This document shows positions 1 through 51,776 of a stretch of 64,000 bases of DNA, piece by piece. How positions within the stretch are numbered: the first letter of the stretch is position 1; each line of letters starts with the position of its first letter. The stretch is from Chrysomallon squamiferum (lineage: Eukaryota; Animalia; Mollusca): assembly GCA_012295275.1 (NCBI GenBank), contig CM022671.1:34410001-34474000 (forward strand), in the 5' to 3' direction. The notes below the pieces were generated by a model. That model was not told the origin of the DNA and ran no database searches. It was given only the letters and a program-made list of their open reading frames with translations. The translations under genes and the position numbers were made by a program.

Positions 1-450
1 TTTTTTTTCCAATCTATAACCTTATGACCCAATAACGTCAAGGTTCAATAACCCGCGAGTTTGTTTTTATCTGCTGCTGATTCGAAATCAGTACGGACAA
101 TTATTTTTATTCTTTCGACATGATCGTCTCAAGAACTCAAGAAGAATTTCAAATTGAGGGATTCATGTAGAAAAATGTCTTCTGAATGATCGCATTTGTG
201 GCTGGTTAACTTCCCATCCATGGACAAACGTTGGGACTAACCGGATTTGTAGAGTCTAGGGCCAATCAATACTCTGACACTTTCAGTTCAGATGAAAATA
301 ATTCACAAAGCTCGTGAATCATTCCGGATAGGTCTGTTAAATGAAAAGTGACAGCACTGCAATCAGGCAGGCTTTGGTTTAGACATGCAACGGACGAATT
401 TATAGGTGTGAAATACATGGTGTGAGATAATCATGATAGGCAGTTAAAGA

Positions 451-523
<73 letters not shown>

Positions 524-1397
524 GTTATTGCTTTCTTTTTATCTTATAATTCAGTAAGTTTTAATATAAACATTTGTAATAATCAGTCAAATGATTTTGA
601 ACATCATAAACAGAAAACAGGATTTTACATGCTCATTCCTATACACAGAAAACATAATTACGACATATAAAACACACGTTGAAGTTTACCATGTCATGTC
701 TGCTTTCATCTGAAATAATGCATAAGAAACTCAGCACGTAACAGTAATTAATTCTTTATCTTGACTGCACACACCCTGATCTTTCACTCACAAAACGGAG
801 CAGAGGTTTGATCGGGAAAAAATTCTTTACTGGAAAGAGTGGTTTCTTTGGACTTTTGAAATGACCTGCTTACAGAGAGGCTGTTGGGTATCGTGTTGCA
901 TGGTTGTCGAACGCGCTATCATTTAAAACAGGAGCTGGTGCACTTAGCCCGGGTTTAGATCTAATATTCAATTACGCTAATGGACAGCGAAGGTCCTCGG
1001 TGCGCGCCGAAAATGGAAGGAGTTTACGTGGGAATGTCAGCGAAGTGATGATGACGGCAAGCGCTCGTTCGCTGGCTAACTTCGTTAATGACGTTGAGAG
1101 AGAAGTTAATTGTCACAGCGGCCTGGTCTTGACAGAGCAGATTTAGTTATTACGTGCAAAACACGTGACGAGATCAAATGGGTTTAAACCGAAAGCTGGA
1201 ACAGTAAGGACTTGGTTAAAAAAGATTTTTTCATTTTTTTTTTTTTTTTTTTTTTTTTGGAATTGTATTCTTCGTACACAGTGTAAAATTTTCGTTAAAA
1301 GGAACAAAAAAATTATGATGATAGCATTTATTTCCCATCCGTCCTCCAAAATGTAAATTTATACTGAAATCAACAATGCTTACTACTGTTACTACAG

Positions 1398-1473
<76 letters not shown>

Positions 1474-2129
1474 CTTCCATTCTCTCATATGCGCGCGATT
1501 CATCTAGTTGTCTCTAAACCCAGCTCTCGACATTATAAGAAAGCACGTAGAAAATACTGCTCACATTAAATTCCAGTAATTAGTCTAAGGAGCAATATTT
1601 GTTTCCAGTGTCTGACCAAAATTGTCTTCAACCTTTGTCTTTATTCTGAAGTCATTTAGTGAGAAGGATTTTTAAACATGGCACAACTTGCGGATATTAG
1701 ACTCATTTTCTAAATTAAGGCTGAATTTTAATTTTCGGGAGGCTAAACCAGAATTGTTTCTCTGTTAAATATAAATGTTCTGATATTTGTCTTCAATTTG
1801 AAAAGACAAAAATCGCTACGTTATCAACCATTTGACTTTCACATCTCTGATTACAGCCTTTTTCACTATGTCTGTATGTATGTTTATGTTTATTCTCTTT
1901 TTCCTTTCTTGAGTGACTCGTTTGTTCCGTCTCATCCTGTTAGCAATCTCTTTTTCTTATTTTCTTTTTCTTTCACTGTCTCTGTCGCCTTACTTAATTA
2001 TCTGCTTTCTCTGTCTTTCCTTCTCTTTCACTCTTTCCTTTTCGTTCTCGTTTCTCATTCCCTCCCTCCTTCATTAACTTCTTGTCAGTTTCATTCTCCT
2101 CTTTTTTCTTTCGTTCTTTCATACTCTGT

Positions 2130-2203
<74 letters not shown>

Positions 2204-2483
2204 CCCTCTCTCTCTCTCTCTCTCGGTATAAGAATTTTCGGTGACTGCCTACTTATCCAAAATTCTCACGAAATTCATCTGTTACTGATTGACTTCTCAG
2301 ATCAAGGAAGATTTAATTATCTGCGAGATGGAAGGGTTAATAAGAAAGTTTTTTTCTTATTGGTGCGAGAACAGACCCAATGTTTAACTCAATTTGTTAG
2401 ATCAACAATTCTGTCGGGGCGAACGGCGTTATAAACACTCATGTCAGATAAATAATTAAAAGACGTACTAAGAAAGACAGTAA

Positions 2484-2607
<124 letters not shown>

Positions 2608-3184
2608 GGAAGAGAATCTAGAAAACATATTTTTGGTTCCTAGGTTAACGCGACATTTTGTGACCTCGCTGAACCAGTCTCATTAATTTAAATAAGTTCG
2701 TTTTGTAAAATGCAATACTCTCTCTTTCAACAACGTGACCTGGAATCGCAATAACATCGTAATAACATCCAGAAACTGTTTAACACAATCAGATGATGTT
2801 TACCCACACAACACAACGAAAAAACCCATGCGGCTTTGCTCTGCTGTAACTTAACCAACTTTTTTTCCCCGGCTGCCCTTGTAAAAACTAAATGCTGCCA
2901 TGAGAAACATTACTCATTATTCTAAATGAATTTTATGCAAAATACTTGTCAAACATTACGTGAGAGAATCACCAGACATACCTTTGAGAGAACCAGTGAT
3001 ACGGGAGATTCCATCAGTAAATGTGTCTGAATGCTAAAACCTACAACAGTGGAATGTAAATTCCAACACGGGTTGGTTAGCTGCTTTTATTTGCTTTTTT
3101 TCTTGAACAAAACAGAAAAAAACCTAAAAGTAGGAACGCTTATAAATTATAAATGGATTTATTATCCATCTATCCATCCATCCA

Positions 3185-3266
<82 letters not shown>

Positions 3267-3752
3267 ATATATATATATATACACACACTCTTAAATACAG
3301 ACAAATATTCATATATACACATTCGTACCTATTTAAAAATACACACACACACACACACACACATGCACACACATACATGCATACATATATATATACAGAC
3401 ACACACACACATACACATATGCACAGCCAACTTTATCTAGTCATTATAACCCATGCAGGCGAACTTGGACTACTAAATGGAAACACGTAAATAATTACAA
3501 CAGATCTGTTCTCTAATCTGTGACAGTCACGATTCAGCACATCATTAACTCGATTCCCTCAGTGTGATGTCCATTATTTTACCACTGACCGATGTAAGTA
3601 CTGAGAGAATTATTTTCTAATTAGTAATAACATACTTCATGTTGTGAATATATTATTTTGATGATTAAAAAATAAAAAATAAAAAGTAAATAATAAGAAT
3701 GTTCAGGTTTGATTAATGAGTTGTTGGGCAGTGTATGGAAAAGAATAGTGTT

Positions 3753-4032
<280 letters not shown>

Positions 4033-5219
4033 ATTGTAAAGAGCTACACGTTTATGACAAGGAAGCCATAAACTTGTCTGCCATTTTACATTTATTTACA
4101 CATTTTTCATATTAAAATTAAATGCACAAATTCAGAGCTATCAATAAAACAGGCAAATACATACAAGAATGTGATAATGGCAGTCAGATAGATAGACAGA
4201 CATACAGACAGACGGATGAATGGATAGTGAGGTAGACAGATAGAGAAATAGACAGGCAACATTTCATCTGTTGAAAATGTAACAAATCGTCACTATTCTT
4301 TTCACGCCAGTCTCACATTTATTATTTACACAGATTTAAAAATCTCGTTTATTACAGTCCATTATTCAAAGCGATCTCAAAGCAGTCAAAAGATTTATTT
4401 GAACTGCTTCACGTCCGCATCTATTCAGTCGTGCAACACGAGAAACTGAGATAAATAATTCTTTTACTTTCCCATTCACTCCGCTTTCTTTTTTTTTTCT
4501 CTTACAGAAGAAAACGAGTCGAGTCTAATGAAATATCTGATATCGTGTACACATCATATTAAGTGAAAATATATTTGATGTCAGATCGATTTGTGCAGAA
4601 GTGTATGAAAGGGATGTAAACAGAAAAGTATTTTTCTGTCGATAATGTTTTATTCTGCTACAGATTTTGGTTGAGAAAACAACGCATTAGTTAAGTAAAT
4701 TTCACAATGTAAGGAAAACGAGAACAAAAAAGATACTAATCTGATCGAAGAAATTTCTGTGTGAATAAAAAATAAAATAAAATAAAATAAAATAAATGCT
4801 CATGACTCAGCCATCTGACACTTTGATTAATATAGATCGTCTTGATAAATAATTCAGCCGATCTAAGATAAGACCAAGAATTATTTCGTATCTGTGTAGA
4901 AGATTGGGTTCAAAGTATGTTGTAAATGTTGTTTTGTTTCGGTGCTAAAAAAAGAATAGGCAGACTGATAATACAAAGAATTTTGTTCTTAAATCCTTCT
5001 AATGCTAACGCGTGTAGGACTGTTTGAACTGTGTTGGTTGTCTTTCTTTTTACAACCAATGGTTAATTTTGTCTGTACATTTTATACCTTGCTTGTTTCT
5101 GATATAGTCCCTTATACACATACACAGACATCCAGACACACACGAACACACACAAACACACACACACACACACACATATATAATATATACATACAAATAC
5201 ATTCAGAAAGATGCATATA

Positions 5220-5358
<139 letters not shown>

Positions 5359-6044
5359 CCTCCCTCCCTCCCTCCCTTCCTCCCTTCCTCCCTCTCTTTC
5401 TCTCTCTCACATTTGCTTTGCATCTCTCACCGCATCTTCAAACACAGTCGTCGTAACCGTATATATTCATCACGGCACGCAAATGAATGATTTAAGATGC
5501 TTTTTCTTGATTAAACCAACTTTCATTTTGCATCCTTTCACTAGAATTTATTCCTCTTGATTTGAACTAATTTCAGTGCCGTCGCTTACGTGCGGAGACT
5601 CGGTTTATCAGTCGTCTATCTGAGCAGATCAATACGATAAAGTACTTTACTTTTCAAACATCGCTTCCCTTTCGTTGACTATCTTCAAAGTGAGCCGCAG
5701 AATCCTACACTTCTAGTGACAAATCAAGTTACCAAAGATATCTATACCTTTTAGAATGTTCGTAAAGTAGTTTTGACGTTGATACTGTGTGAGTGTAAGT
5801 GTGTGTGTGTGGGGGGGGGCTGTGTTTGTGTGTGTGTGTGTGTGTATGTGTGCGTGTGTCTATTAGTAAGAAAGAAAACAAAGCAATAAAGACGAAAAGT
5901 GTGTAAAAAAGAGAAAGACTCACCTTGTTAAAGTATTATGAGCTTCGTTTGAAGTAATCTTCGTTTGAAACCACAGAGATAGATAGATAGATAGATAGAT
6001 AGAAAGATAGAGGAAGAGAGAGAGAGAGATACTGAGAGAGAGTG

Positions 6045-6121
<77 letters not shown>

Positions 6122-6769
6122 ATATGTAAAAAATATATAAACATGCCAGTTCAAAGCTGAGTGATATTTATCTTTATAATATATATGTCTGTGTGTTTGT
6201 TTGTCTTAGTGTATGTAAGTGTACCTATGTATGTATGTATGTAAGTACTTATATATGGACACGCAGGAACGTAATTGTGTTCAGTAAATGTTTGACATGT
6301 GTGCACGTGTTCGTATCATCTGAATGCCTGTCTGTTTTTGTCTCCACGTTGGCTAAAACAACTTCGTCTTTCAGTCCGGCTCATTACGAAGAAGTGACGT
6401 TATTACTCCGGGTCCAGATCTGCACAGAACAAGGTCATTTTAATTATTTCACAACGCTGCGACGATCATAAATTCTGTTTGCGGATTTCGGGGGGTCCTT
6501 CCTGTCATTCCCAAGACCACAATGTGCTTTTGTGTGTCAGAAAACTGCCTGCCAAGCCAAGAAACGCAAGTCTGCATTTTAGTACTGTCGCGATGAAATT
6601 TCTATGTCAAACCCAGACTCGGATCGTGACACGGGCAAGCAAGAAATTTTTGTCTTGACCGGTCGCCAGAAATTTATTGAATGTAGCGGCGAAAGCGGAA
6701 ATTATCTTTCAGCGTTTATGAATGAAAGGTTTATGTGTGTGTGTGACTTTTTTTCGCTGAATCTGTTAA

Positions 6770-6856
<87 letters not shown>

Positions 6857-9375
6857 TTAATAATAGCTTTTCACATATTTTAAACCAACAGCCAGTCTGT
6901 AATGAGATGATGAATAGCAATTATCATTTTGATGATTATTGTAACAAACATTTCACCTATAATTTTCTTCTCAGTTGTTATCTGGCATCACACCTACCAG
7001 ACATTTCAGACAGATCGCAGCTGAAATATTAGATGTATAATGAGAATAATGATAATAATTATCAGTTAATTCGGAATTGTTTTAATTTTTTTTTTTTTTT
7101 TTTTTTACTTTAAAGATGTATGATTCGTATATTCGATAATTCTTTTAAATTATGGTTTAAAACTGAAATTTATTTAATGTTTGCATTAGTTTGTTATGTG
7201 ACGCTGGGCGTTTTCTTTCTTTTAGTCATTTTGTTTTATTTTTCCATCTATATATCTATTTACCTATCCGTCTGTCTGTGTGTCTAATTTTCTCTCTGTA
7301 TATATCTATCAGTCTATCTTTCTTTCTTTCTTTCATTTTGTTTTATTGATAAGTTTAATGTGTACTGCTGTGGTCAGAAAATAGTTTGAGAACTTGTATG
7401 TAATTGCTTCATTTAACGAAACTTTTGAACTGTAATAGTAATGTAACAGTCTAACGTTTTCTGTTTCATCTTGACGTCATTTCTTACCTACGTCTGCGAA
7501 TCAGACGAAAAGAAAGGTTGAGAAAATAAAAAGAAAAATAGAAGGTAGAAAAAAAGGTTAACTAAGAAAGATAAAAAAAGGGGAATATGGGTAAGGAAAA
7601 TTTTGAAATAATATCGGAGATGTGAAAGAAAAAATAAAGAAAAAGAAAAAAAGGAAAGAAAGGAAAGAAAAAGAAATAAAAGATGAAAGAAATAAAGAAA
7701 GAAAGAAATATAAGAATGTAAAGTTCAGACTCCTGAAAGTAGCAGCTGTCACGGATTACACTTTAAGCGAAGCTAGCGCTACAAGACAGAAAACCAGTCG
7801 ATTGGTTTCGCTCTGCACAGTAATTCCCTCACAACGAACAATAAATGTACACTTTTCACTTGACATTGTAACACGTGCCATGATTCGTAACAACACTGTC
7901 ATTCGTTATGTAATCATTTTGACTGCCCTTTACTTTTTGTAAAAAATAACCAACAAAATTAATATTAATTATATTATAATTATGATTTTGTTACGCTGTC
8001 GTATGATATGTCTTATGATTTTTGAAAAATTAATGTTTACGGAATTAACCGAAATTAGACGAAAATAACTGATAACATTTTCCTTTAAACCTTTTAAAAT
8101 GCCTGCTCGGGATAATGTTAATGTTTTAGTTTTGTTTGTTTATTTCAATATAGTATCTATAAAGTTATATTCTGAGATAAATTTATCAAATGAAACATCA
8201 CTATTTCTTGGTTAATAATAAATTTGTTCGTTTGAAAGTTTTTTAAAATAACCATTCAAAAATCTTCTTGACAAAGCCGACCATAAATCAAATCGAAATT
8301 AAAAATGAATATCAAAACAATAAATTGTAATTCTTCTCTCACCTTTCTGCAGTAATTCAGATTTAAAACAACCACATCAGTGACAACATTACGGCGTCTA
8401 CACATAAGACGTCGTGCATGATGCAGACGCTTCACAGAACAAGAAAGTCGTCAAACTGTCGACGTGTTAAACCAGTGGTATCCTCCATTTCCTTCCTGGC
8501 TGCGTTTCACTTCATCACTTTTTTTTTTTTTATGAAAAAAATGTATAAAGATATTTAAGTCCTAAAAAGGTCTGTTACCGCCAGAATAATCGAGCCGTCT
8601 GCTAGCTGGCCATTTTACAGATTCTGCAAATACAGTATTGACGTCAACGACAAATTTTTAAGTGCAGTCAAACATTTTGTTTGACAACCGTCCACAGTTC
8701 GATTGTTGAAACTGGCGCAAACAGCTTAACCACTCTTCTAGCAAGTGAAACATACACGGGGATGTTCTGGGATTTGTGTCCATTCAGATGTTTGTCTTGA
8801 TATTTGCTCTGGCTATCTTCTTCCATATACTATTGACATTACAAACATTTCCTTCATTTGTTGTTTGAGATGAGAGCTTATGGTGTTTGTTTCGTTGTTG
8901 TTGTTGTTTTGGGGGTTTTTTGTTGTTGTAGTTGTTTTTTGATTTGTGTAAGTGTTTCTTTCTCTTTTTTTAGTTTATTTATTTTTTTTATTTTTTTATG
9001 TATTTTTATTTTTTTTGTTATTGTTTTGGTGTTTTTTTCATGATCTTTTCCCATTTCATTGATTTTTTTTCTATCCACTTTCTTTTTGTTTGTCTTTGTT
9101 CTTTCTTTCTATTTGTTAAATAAATAAATAAAATTCATTCATAAATAAAGGTTTCCTTTTTAAGGTTTTTAATTTTTATTTCATCTGAAATCTATCATTC
9201 ATCTGTCTATCGATTAATTCATTCTTTCAATATTCATTCTGTGTACAAGCAAATGACGCTCTAGTTACATAAGAATTGTTTTAATATGCTACAGTAATTT
9301 AACGAGTTAGGTCTTTTAATTTTAAGTTTGACCTTAAGTATTTAACAGTAACGACAACAACAGCAGAAACAGCAA

Positions 9376-9415
<40 letters not shown>

Positions 9416-10340
9416 AATAATAATAATAAAAATAATAATAATAATAATAGTTATAGTAGTACTAAAGTAGTGGTAGTGGTAGTAGTATGAATTGTAGTGG
9501 TAGTAGTAATGGTAGTTGTAGGAATAGTAGTAGTATCAGTTATAAATAAACAAGTAATGTGATGATAATGATCTACCTAATGAAGGCAAGTCCTCGAGAA
9601 GACATGTAAATCGAAAGTCATTTCTGTAAAATGTGTTCTTCCGCTCATTCCCCATTACATCCAGTCGCACAATACTGACATATAGTTTCTTTTTTGCAGA
9701 AAAATACGATATGAAAGATCATATAGACCTATTTGAAAATAGCATACGTCAAGTACTGGAAGTGAGTTAATTTCCTCTATCAGGTAATGACATTATGTAA
9801 TGTTTTATTCATTCTTTCATTTCTCTCTATCGCTAAGACTTATTAACGACAAATCAGGTAATACGACCACTTCCACTGGTTTCACGACATCGCTTTTAAT
9901 GAAGCGTAACGCCTGAAATGCACATTTCTATAATCTTCAGCATGGGCTCATAGTAATAACTCCTATTAGTATTATTCATAACCTATTTGTTTCGACATTT
10001 ACTGCTCGAAATAAAAATTGCGCCAGATGGAATAATTACTTTCGATTTTTAATTTCACCAGCAATTACCAGTAGACGTGAAAGTGTTAACTTGTTGCCGC
10101 TGTTTTTGTTGCATTTATTGTAATAATTATTGCGGCGGTCGTCATCGTTATTGTTGCATTACACAAGGGGATATCAAATTATTACACTTGTTATAATAAA
10201 AGTGTTCTCTTAATGTTTTTACAATTTTTTTTTTTTTTTTTTTTTTGAGAGTTCCTCTTGACTGAAAAATAAATTTTTATGTCAGTGCAAATGTGAATGA
10301 TACTATATATGACAGAATTGTGGACAGAGTGAGATAGAGA

Positions 10341-10420
<80 letters not shown>

Positions 10421-11149
10421 TATTTTAAAGATGTTGAGCAAGGGACATAATTACCATCGAAATGTTTTACTAAGTGTTTCGGTCATTGTCTCCCCTTAAT
10501 GCAATTATTTCGTTGATAATTTTTTTTTTATAATAGGCCCATTTGTTCTTATATTTATAGTTATGTACGGGTATTTATATTTGTTTTGGATCGGTTTTAA
10601 AAAAAAACTTGTTCAGTCGACTTAAGTTTGACAGATTTTGGAATTTATTAAATAATTTAATTATGCGAAATAAAAGATAAAACATCCGATTTATTTTAAG
10701 TGTTGATATCTCATAGTTAGAGTTATTTTGGTGTCTTTAAAACTATTGTAATTTTGCTGTATTTAAATATTTTGTTTCTTTTTACTGTCATGTCTCTATA
10801 CTATTATACACATATACCCGCATATTTGCATCATACATAGTCATGCATACATCATATATTGATACATACAAACACATAGAAAGACACACATATAATGTTG
10901 ACCTATATTTGTAATGGACTTATTAATTTCTCGTAATCATAAAGTTTACAAATGACAGCATAACTCTGTTTCACATAGAACTGTTTATTAATAACTCCAA
11001 TACAGATGACATAAGCAAGAATGAAACATTAAAAGTTATAATCTTTTCAATATTTAATTTTGAAAGCATATGTTTGTTTGTTTGTTGTTGTCTTTTTTTT
11101 CTCTTTTTTTTGTATTATTTTTGTTTGATTATATATACTCTTTTAATGC

Positions 11150-11461
11150 CCGAATCTTAAATTAAATCATCGTCTTTTATCGTCTGCTTTATCGTGAATT
11201 CTTTTCTCAATCAATCGGATATATCCGTATTTATTCGAAGTATACACGAGTTTCTCCGAACATTTAGCTTTACGTATAAAACTTGTTTATACCGAATGTT
11301 TCCGACGTTTTCCGACTGACGATATCAAGTGATCGTTTATTTTTAGCTCACAGACTTCCTCTTCTGGAAAGGTATACCGGTAATGCTGTTGAAAGTTTTC
11401 AACATCAGATTGTTTTACAAAGTTTGGCATTTTGTGAAATGACGTTACTAAGTTATTAGAA
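11150..11461 (+). promoter_or_regulatory. Probable main GRIP promoter / 5' UTR
   Basis: Local CpG peak directly before exon 1a; CpG falls sharply after about 11760. Confidence 0.5.
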
Positions 11462-47576
<36,115 letters not shown>

Positions 47577-47599
47577 AGTTTCAAAAAAACAAAAAACGT

Positions 47600-47920
47600 G
47601 AAATATTGTTGGTGCAGATTATTAAAAATAGTGCTGCTGATAATTGCTGAAAATATTGCTGCTGCAGGTTAGCAAAAGTAGTGATGCAGAAAGTTTTGCA
47701 GGAAAATATTGCTTTATACTGAAAATATTGTTTTATCGAGTTAAAATTTTTCTGTGGAAAGCTACTTGAAATATTGCGATGGAACCTTACTTAAAATATT
47801 GCTGCAGATAACTACTGGAAATATTGCTGTGCAAGGTTACTTGAAATATTGCTGCAGAAAATATTACTTCTGAAAGTTTCTTAAAATATTTCTAGCGATA
47901 TTATGAAAATATTGCCTACA
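47600..47920. repeat. Degenerate AAATATTGC(TG) array at the start of the GRIP 3' UTR
   Basis: About 11 aaatatt cores spaced roughly 15-50 bp apart. Confidence 0.75.
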
Positions 47921-48542
47921 AATTGAAAAACAAAACATTGGTAATATATCAACAAGCAAAATATCTTACAGAGGGAATTCTTAATGGCATTGCTACCTGA
48001 AGTAACAGTTAAATTGCCAGAGAAAGGCAATGAAAATGTTTTTATATGATTTAAAAAAAAGCACGTATAAAGTGATGTGATATGTTAATGAGAAGAATTA
48101 TTGAAAATGTTACCTTGTCTGACAAATGGTGTCATATATCAGTAACATCCTTCAGTAAATTATGAGATTATTTTAAAACAGTATTATGTCTGTACATACT
48201 TCATTTCATCAGAATATTTTAAACTTTTTTCTTAATTAATTCGATAAATATATACTGAGATAAACAGATATAACTACAAGGCCTGTCTCTGTATATTGAT
48301 AAATAATTTCTTTTCCTTTTTTTTTGTCTTCTGAAAAAATATGTTTATTCTGTGTATCACTGCATTCATAATTCAAACCACATTATCAGGTGTTTTACAC
48401 AGTCATTTTGAATCATTTCTGTTAAATTGCTTTACTGTTTTTGTAATTTTTTTAAATGTTTTTTTTCTTTCTTTTTTTTTAAAATCCATTTCTTGAAGCA
48501 ATTTATTTAATCCATCTAAGCATACTGAGCTTACTTTTATTT

Positions 48543-48580
<38 letters not shown>

Positions 48581-49193
48581 GAATTATATTTCAGTGTTTT
48601 ATTTAACTGCTTTAGAGTAGAAATATGAATGGGATATTGAATGCACACATACTCACACCTTCATGCAATGTTGTACAAATGTAGATATTTTTTGTATATG
48701 TCAGTTTTGTAAATTTGGAAGCTTGTAAATAGTTTAGCTGTGAATATCATTTTGTTTTTGCTGTAAAAAAAATAAATGCTGAAAATAGTTCATATGAAAA
48801 TCTTGTACAAAACTTTATTTTTCCTTTATTTTTCTACTTAAAAGCAGTTAAAAACATAATAACAAATGTAATAAATAAATAAATTAATTAATTAATTAAT
48901 ACTACTAATAATACTACTACTACTAATAATAATAATAATAACAATAATAAGAATATATAAATTAATAAATAAATTTTACATTAATAAATACATATTTGTA
49001 CAGAATTTGTTTGAAAAATTGTCATTCTGTAAAAACATGGGAAAGAATGGTTCAGAAAGATAAAGGAAAAACTCATGTTCACTGTTTGCTTCTGTTGATG
49101 CAACTAGTAGACTTGGTGCTTTTAATATATGATCTGATTTTTGTTTTGATACTCATCTTCCTTTTGTGTTTATGTGATATTATTATTATTATA

Positions 49194-49227
<34 letters not shown>

Positions 49228-49801
49228 GTTATTACTATTATTATAAATTTTTATAATCATATATTTAAATATGCATTATAAAGGTTGATAAGTAATTTTT
49301 GTCATCTTTATTGCCCTTCTTAAATTATTTAAAGATTACTAAAAGGGGTGAAAAAAATGATAATATCAACAAAATATTAAATACACCCAAATTATGACTG
49401 TGTGAATGCATGTGTTTATATTATCATGTCTGTGTTTATATATGAATGTATATGCATTTCATAAATGTGTGTGTGTGTGTGTGTGTGTGGATATTTAATT
49501 TTTTTACTTAAATTAGAAAGAAAAAAAATCCAATATTTCTTACACTAAGTATTTATTACTTATTTATTTCTACTATTCAAAAATGCTCACATCCAAAGAA
49601 TTTCATGTTTTAGTCTCAGAGAGAATGTGATAAACTTTGTGGTGCTAAAAAATACAGTCACTGGTGCTAACTCCACTGCATAATAGTGAACAGGTTAAAC
49701 CACGTAGTGCAGATGTACATTTATATATCCCCATCAAAACTGTACAGACAGCATTAACATTATTATTATTATTATTATTATTACTATTATTATTATTAAT
49801 A

Positions 49802-49850
<49 letters not shown>

Positions 49851-51403
49851 ATTATTATTAAAAACTGCACATACAAGTTTAATATGTGATTATTTTATTT
49901 ATTTATTTATTTATTTATATGACTTTTTCTTTTTCTTTCTTTTTTTTTCTTTTTTTTCTCCATGAATTTTGTCTTCTTCTTGATTCAGTTTTAGGGTTGT
50001 TTTTAGATGAATACATTTTTGGAAGTTTTGATCTTGCACTTTGTTTTTTTATAAGAATAAAATTTATACTTCAAAGAGTGTCATACTTATTGCATTATCA
50101 TTATGGTGTGCATGCATGTAAAATCATCCAGCTATTTTTTGGTCCAAAACATTTTTTGCATAGATTTTCAGCATGTTTTAAAGTTTTAATGTCTTTTGCT
50201 TAGTAACATATTACTACTGCAAAATAATTTAAACTCTAAACTAATCTAGTTTTACTTAAAAAGTTAAAATCATTCGTTCTGATTCCCAATGCCTATTCCC
50301 ACACATTGTTTATCAGCCAGATTATGTTACTTTAGTCTAATTTTCTACTCAGTAAAACACAACTAAATAAAACAATTTTTATAGTAAACTTCACTCTGCT
50401 AATAATGTATAAACTTCACTTAGAGCTATTTATAGATAATTGTATTTAATTGAATTTCTTTTGACTTAAGATAAACATGCATCTTGAATTTGATATTTTT
50501 TACACAATATTTTATAGATTATTTTAAGCTTACGTCATTAATTCCTTGTCTATGACTCTACAAATTGACGTTTGTTTCTTTTCTTTTTTTCATGCATCTT
50601 TTCCATTTTTATGGTGGTGTTAGTGTGAAGATAATGAGTTAATGCTGAAGGTTTTAAAAACACCAGACATCAATATGCAGGACCGTTCTTTTTAATCTGT
50701 CTTCTTTATATTTGATTTATTGATTGATAGTGTTTATAAAAGAAAGCTTTTCGTTGTAAATGTTGTAGCAACAATCCACTGCTTATTTGTACAGAAGAAA
50801 GTGTTTAGTAATAATTTTGTTTTTATTATTATTTACAGACAAAGGTTTACAGTTTAATAATAATGCAGATTTTTTTAATATATATTTCTAGAGATATAGC
50901 ATTCTGATTCAGTGTGTTTGGCATATATTTTGTGTCTATAAATGAAGTTATCACGCAGTACAGTTTGTGGTGACAATGTTTCTGGTAACATCTTCAAAAT
51001 CAGAGATTTTTACATGTACGAGTTGCACACATTTATCAGATAAATAAGATGGTATCTACACATTTATAAGCTGGCATACAGCCTGCCTGATTAAATATGT
51101 CTGATGTCTTTTCTGATAACACAGTACAATACCCATCTGATAAATGGTATGTGGTCTGTTCGATAACCTGGCATGCAGCCTGCCTGATTGCTTGCATGCT
51201 ATGTGTTTTTGCATAGCAACTACAGATTTAATATAACTGAACCAAATACACTAAGGACAGAATTCTTGTCTCATACTGTAAATTGTTTGAAAGCTTATGG
51301 GTTTATAGGATTTTTTCTAATCATTAGTAATTCAAGTCTTTATAGTAAGATGCTTTAATTAATGTTATAGTTAGGTGGTTCGGTCATATGCTGTATACTG
51401 CTA

Positions 51404-51455
<52 letters not shown>

Positions 51456-51700
51456 ACTAATGAATAAATAAAGAAATGAAAACAAAGTAATGAGAATGCT
51501 AACTTTGGCTTCAAGTGGAATACTGTATTCTCTGTTTAGGAAATGTGAATTAGGCTGTTTCTGCTGATTTTTGTGATCTGAAGTGAAAAGCATTTGACTT
51601 TTGTGGATGGTGTATATTTACATGGCTTTCACTCATCTATTTATTTATTTATTTATTTATTTTATTTTATTTTATTTTATTTTATTTTTTTTTTTTTTTT

Positions 51701-51737
<37 letters not shown>

Positions 51738-51743
51738 TATTTT

Positions 51744-51776
<33 letters not shown>

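Noticed and set aside
904-1146. 80-aa ORF in a CpG-rich island
   Set aside because: TTG start, no recognisable domain and no convincing splice sites.
8353-8490. Exon with a U12-like GTATCCT donor
   Set aside because: Stops in all frames and no partner exon found.
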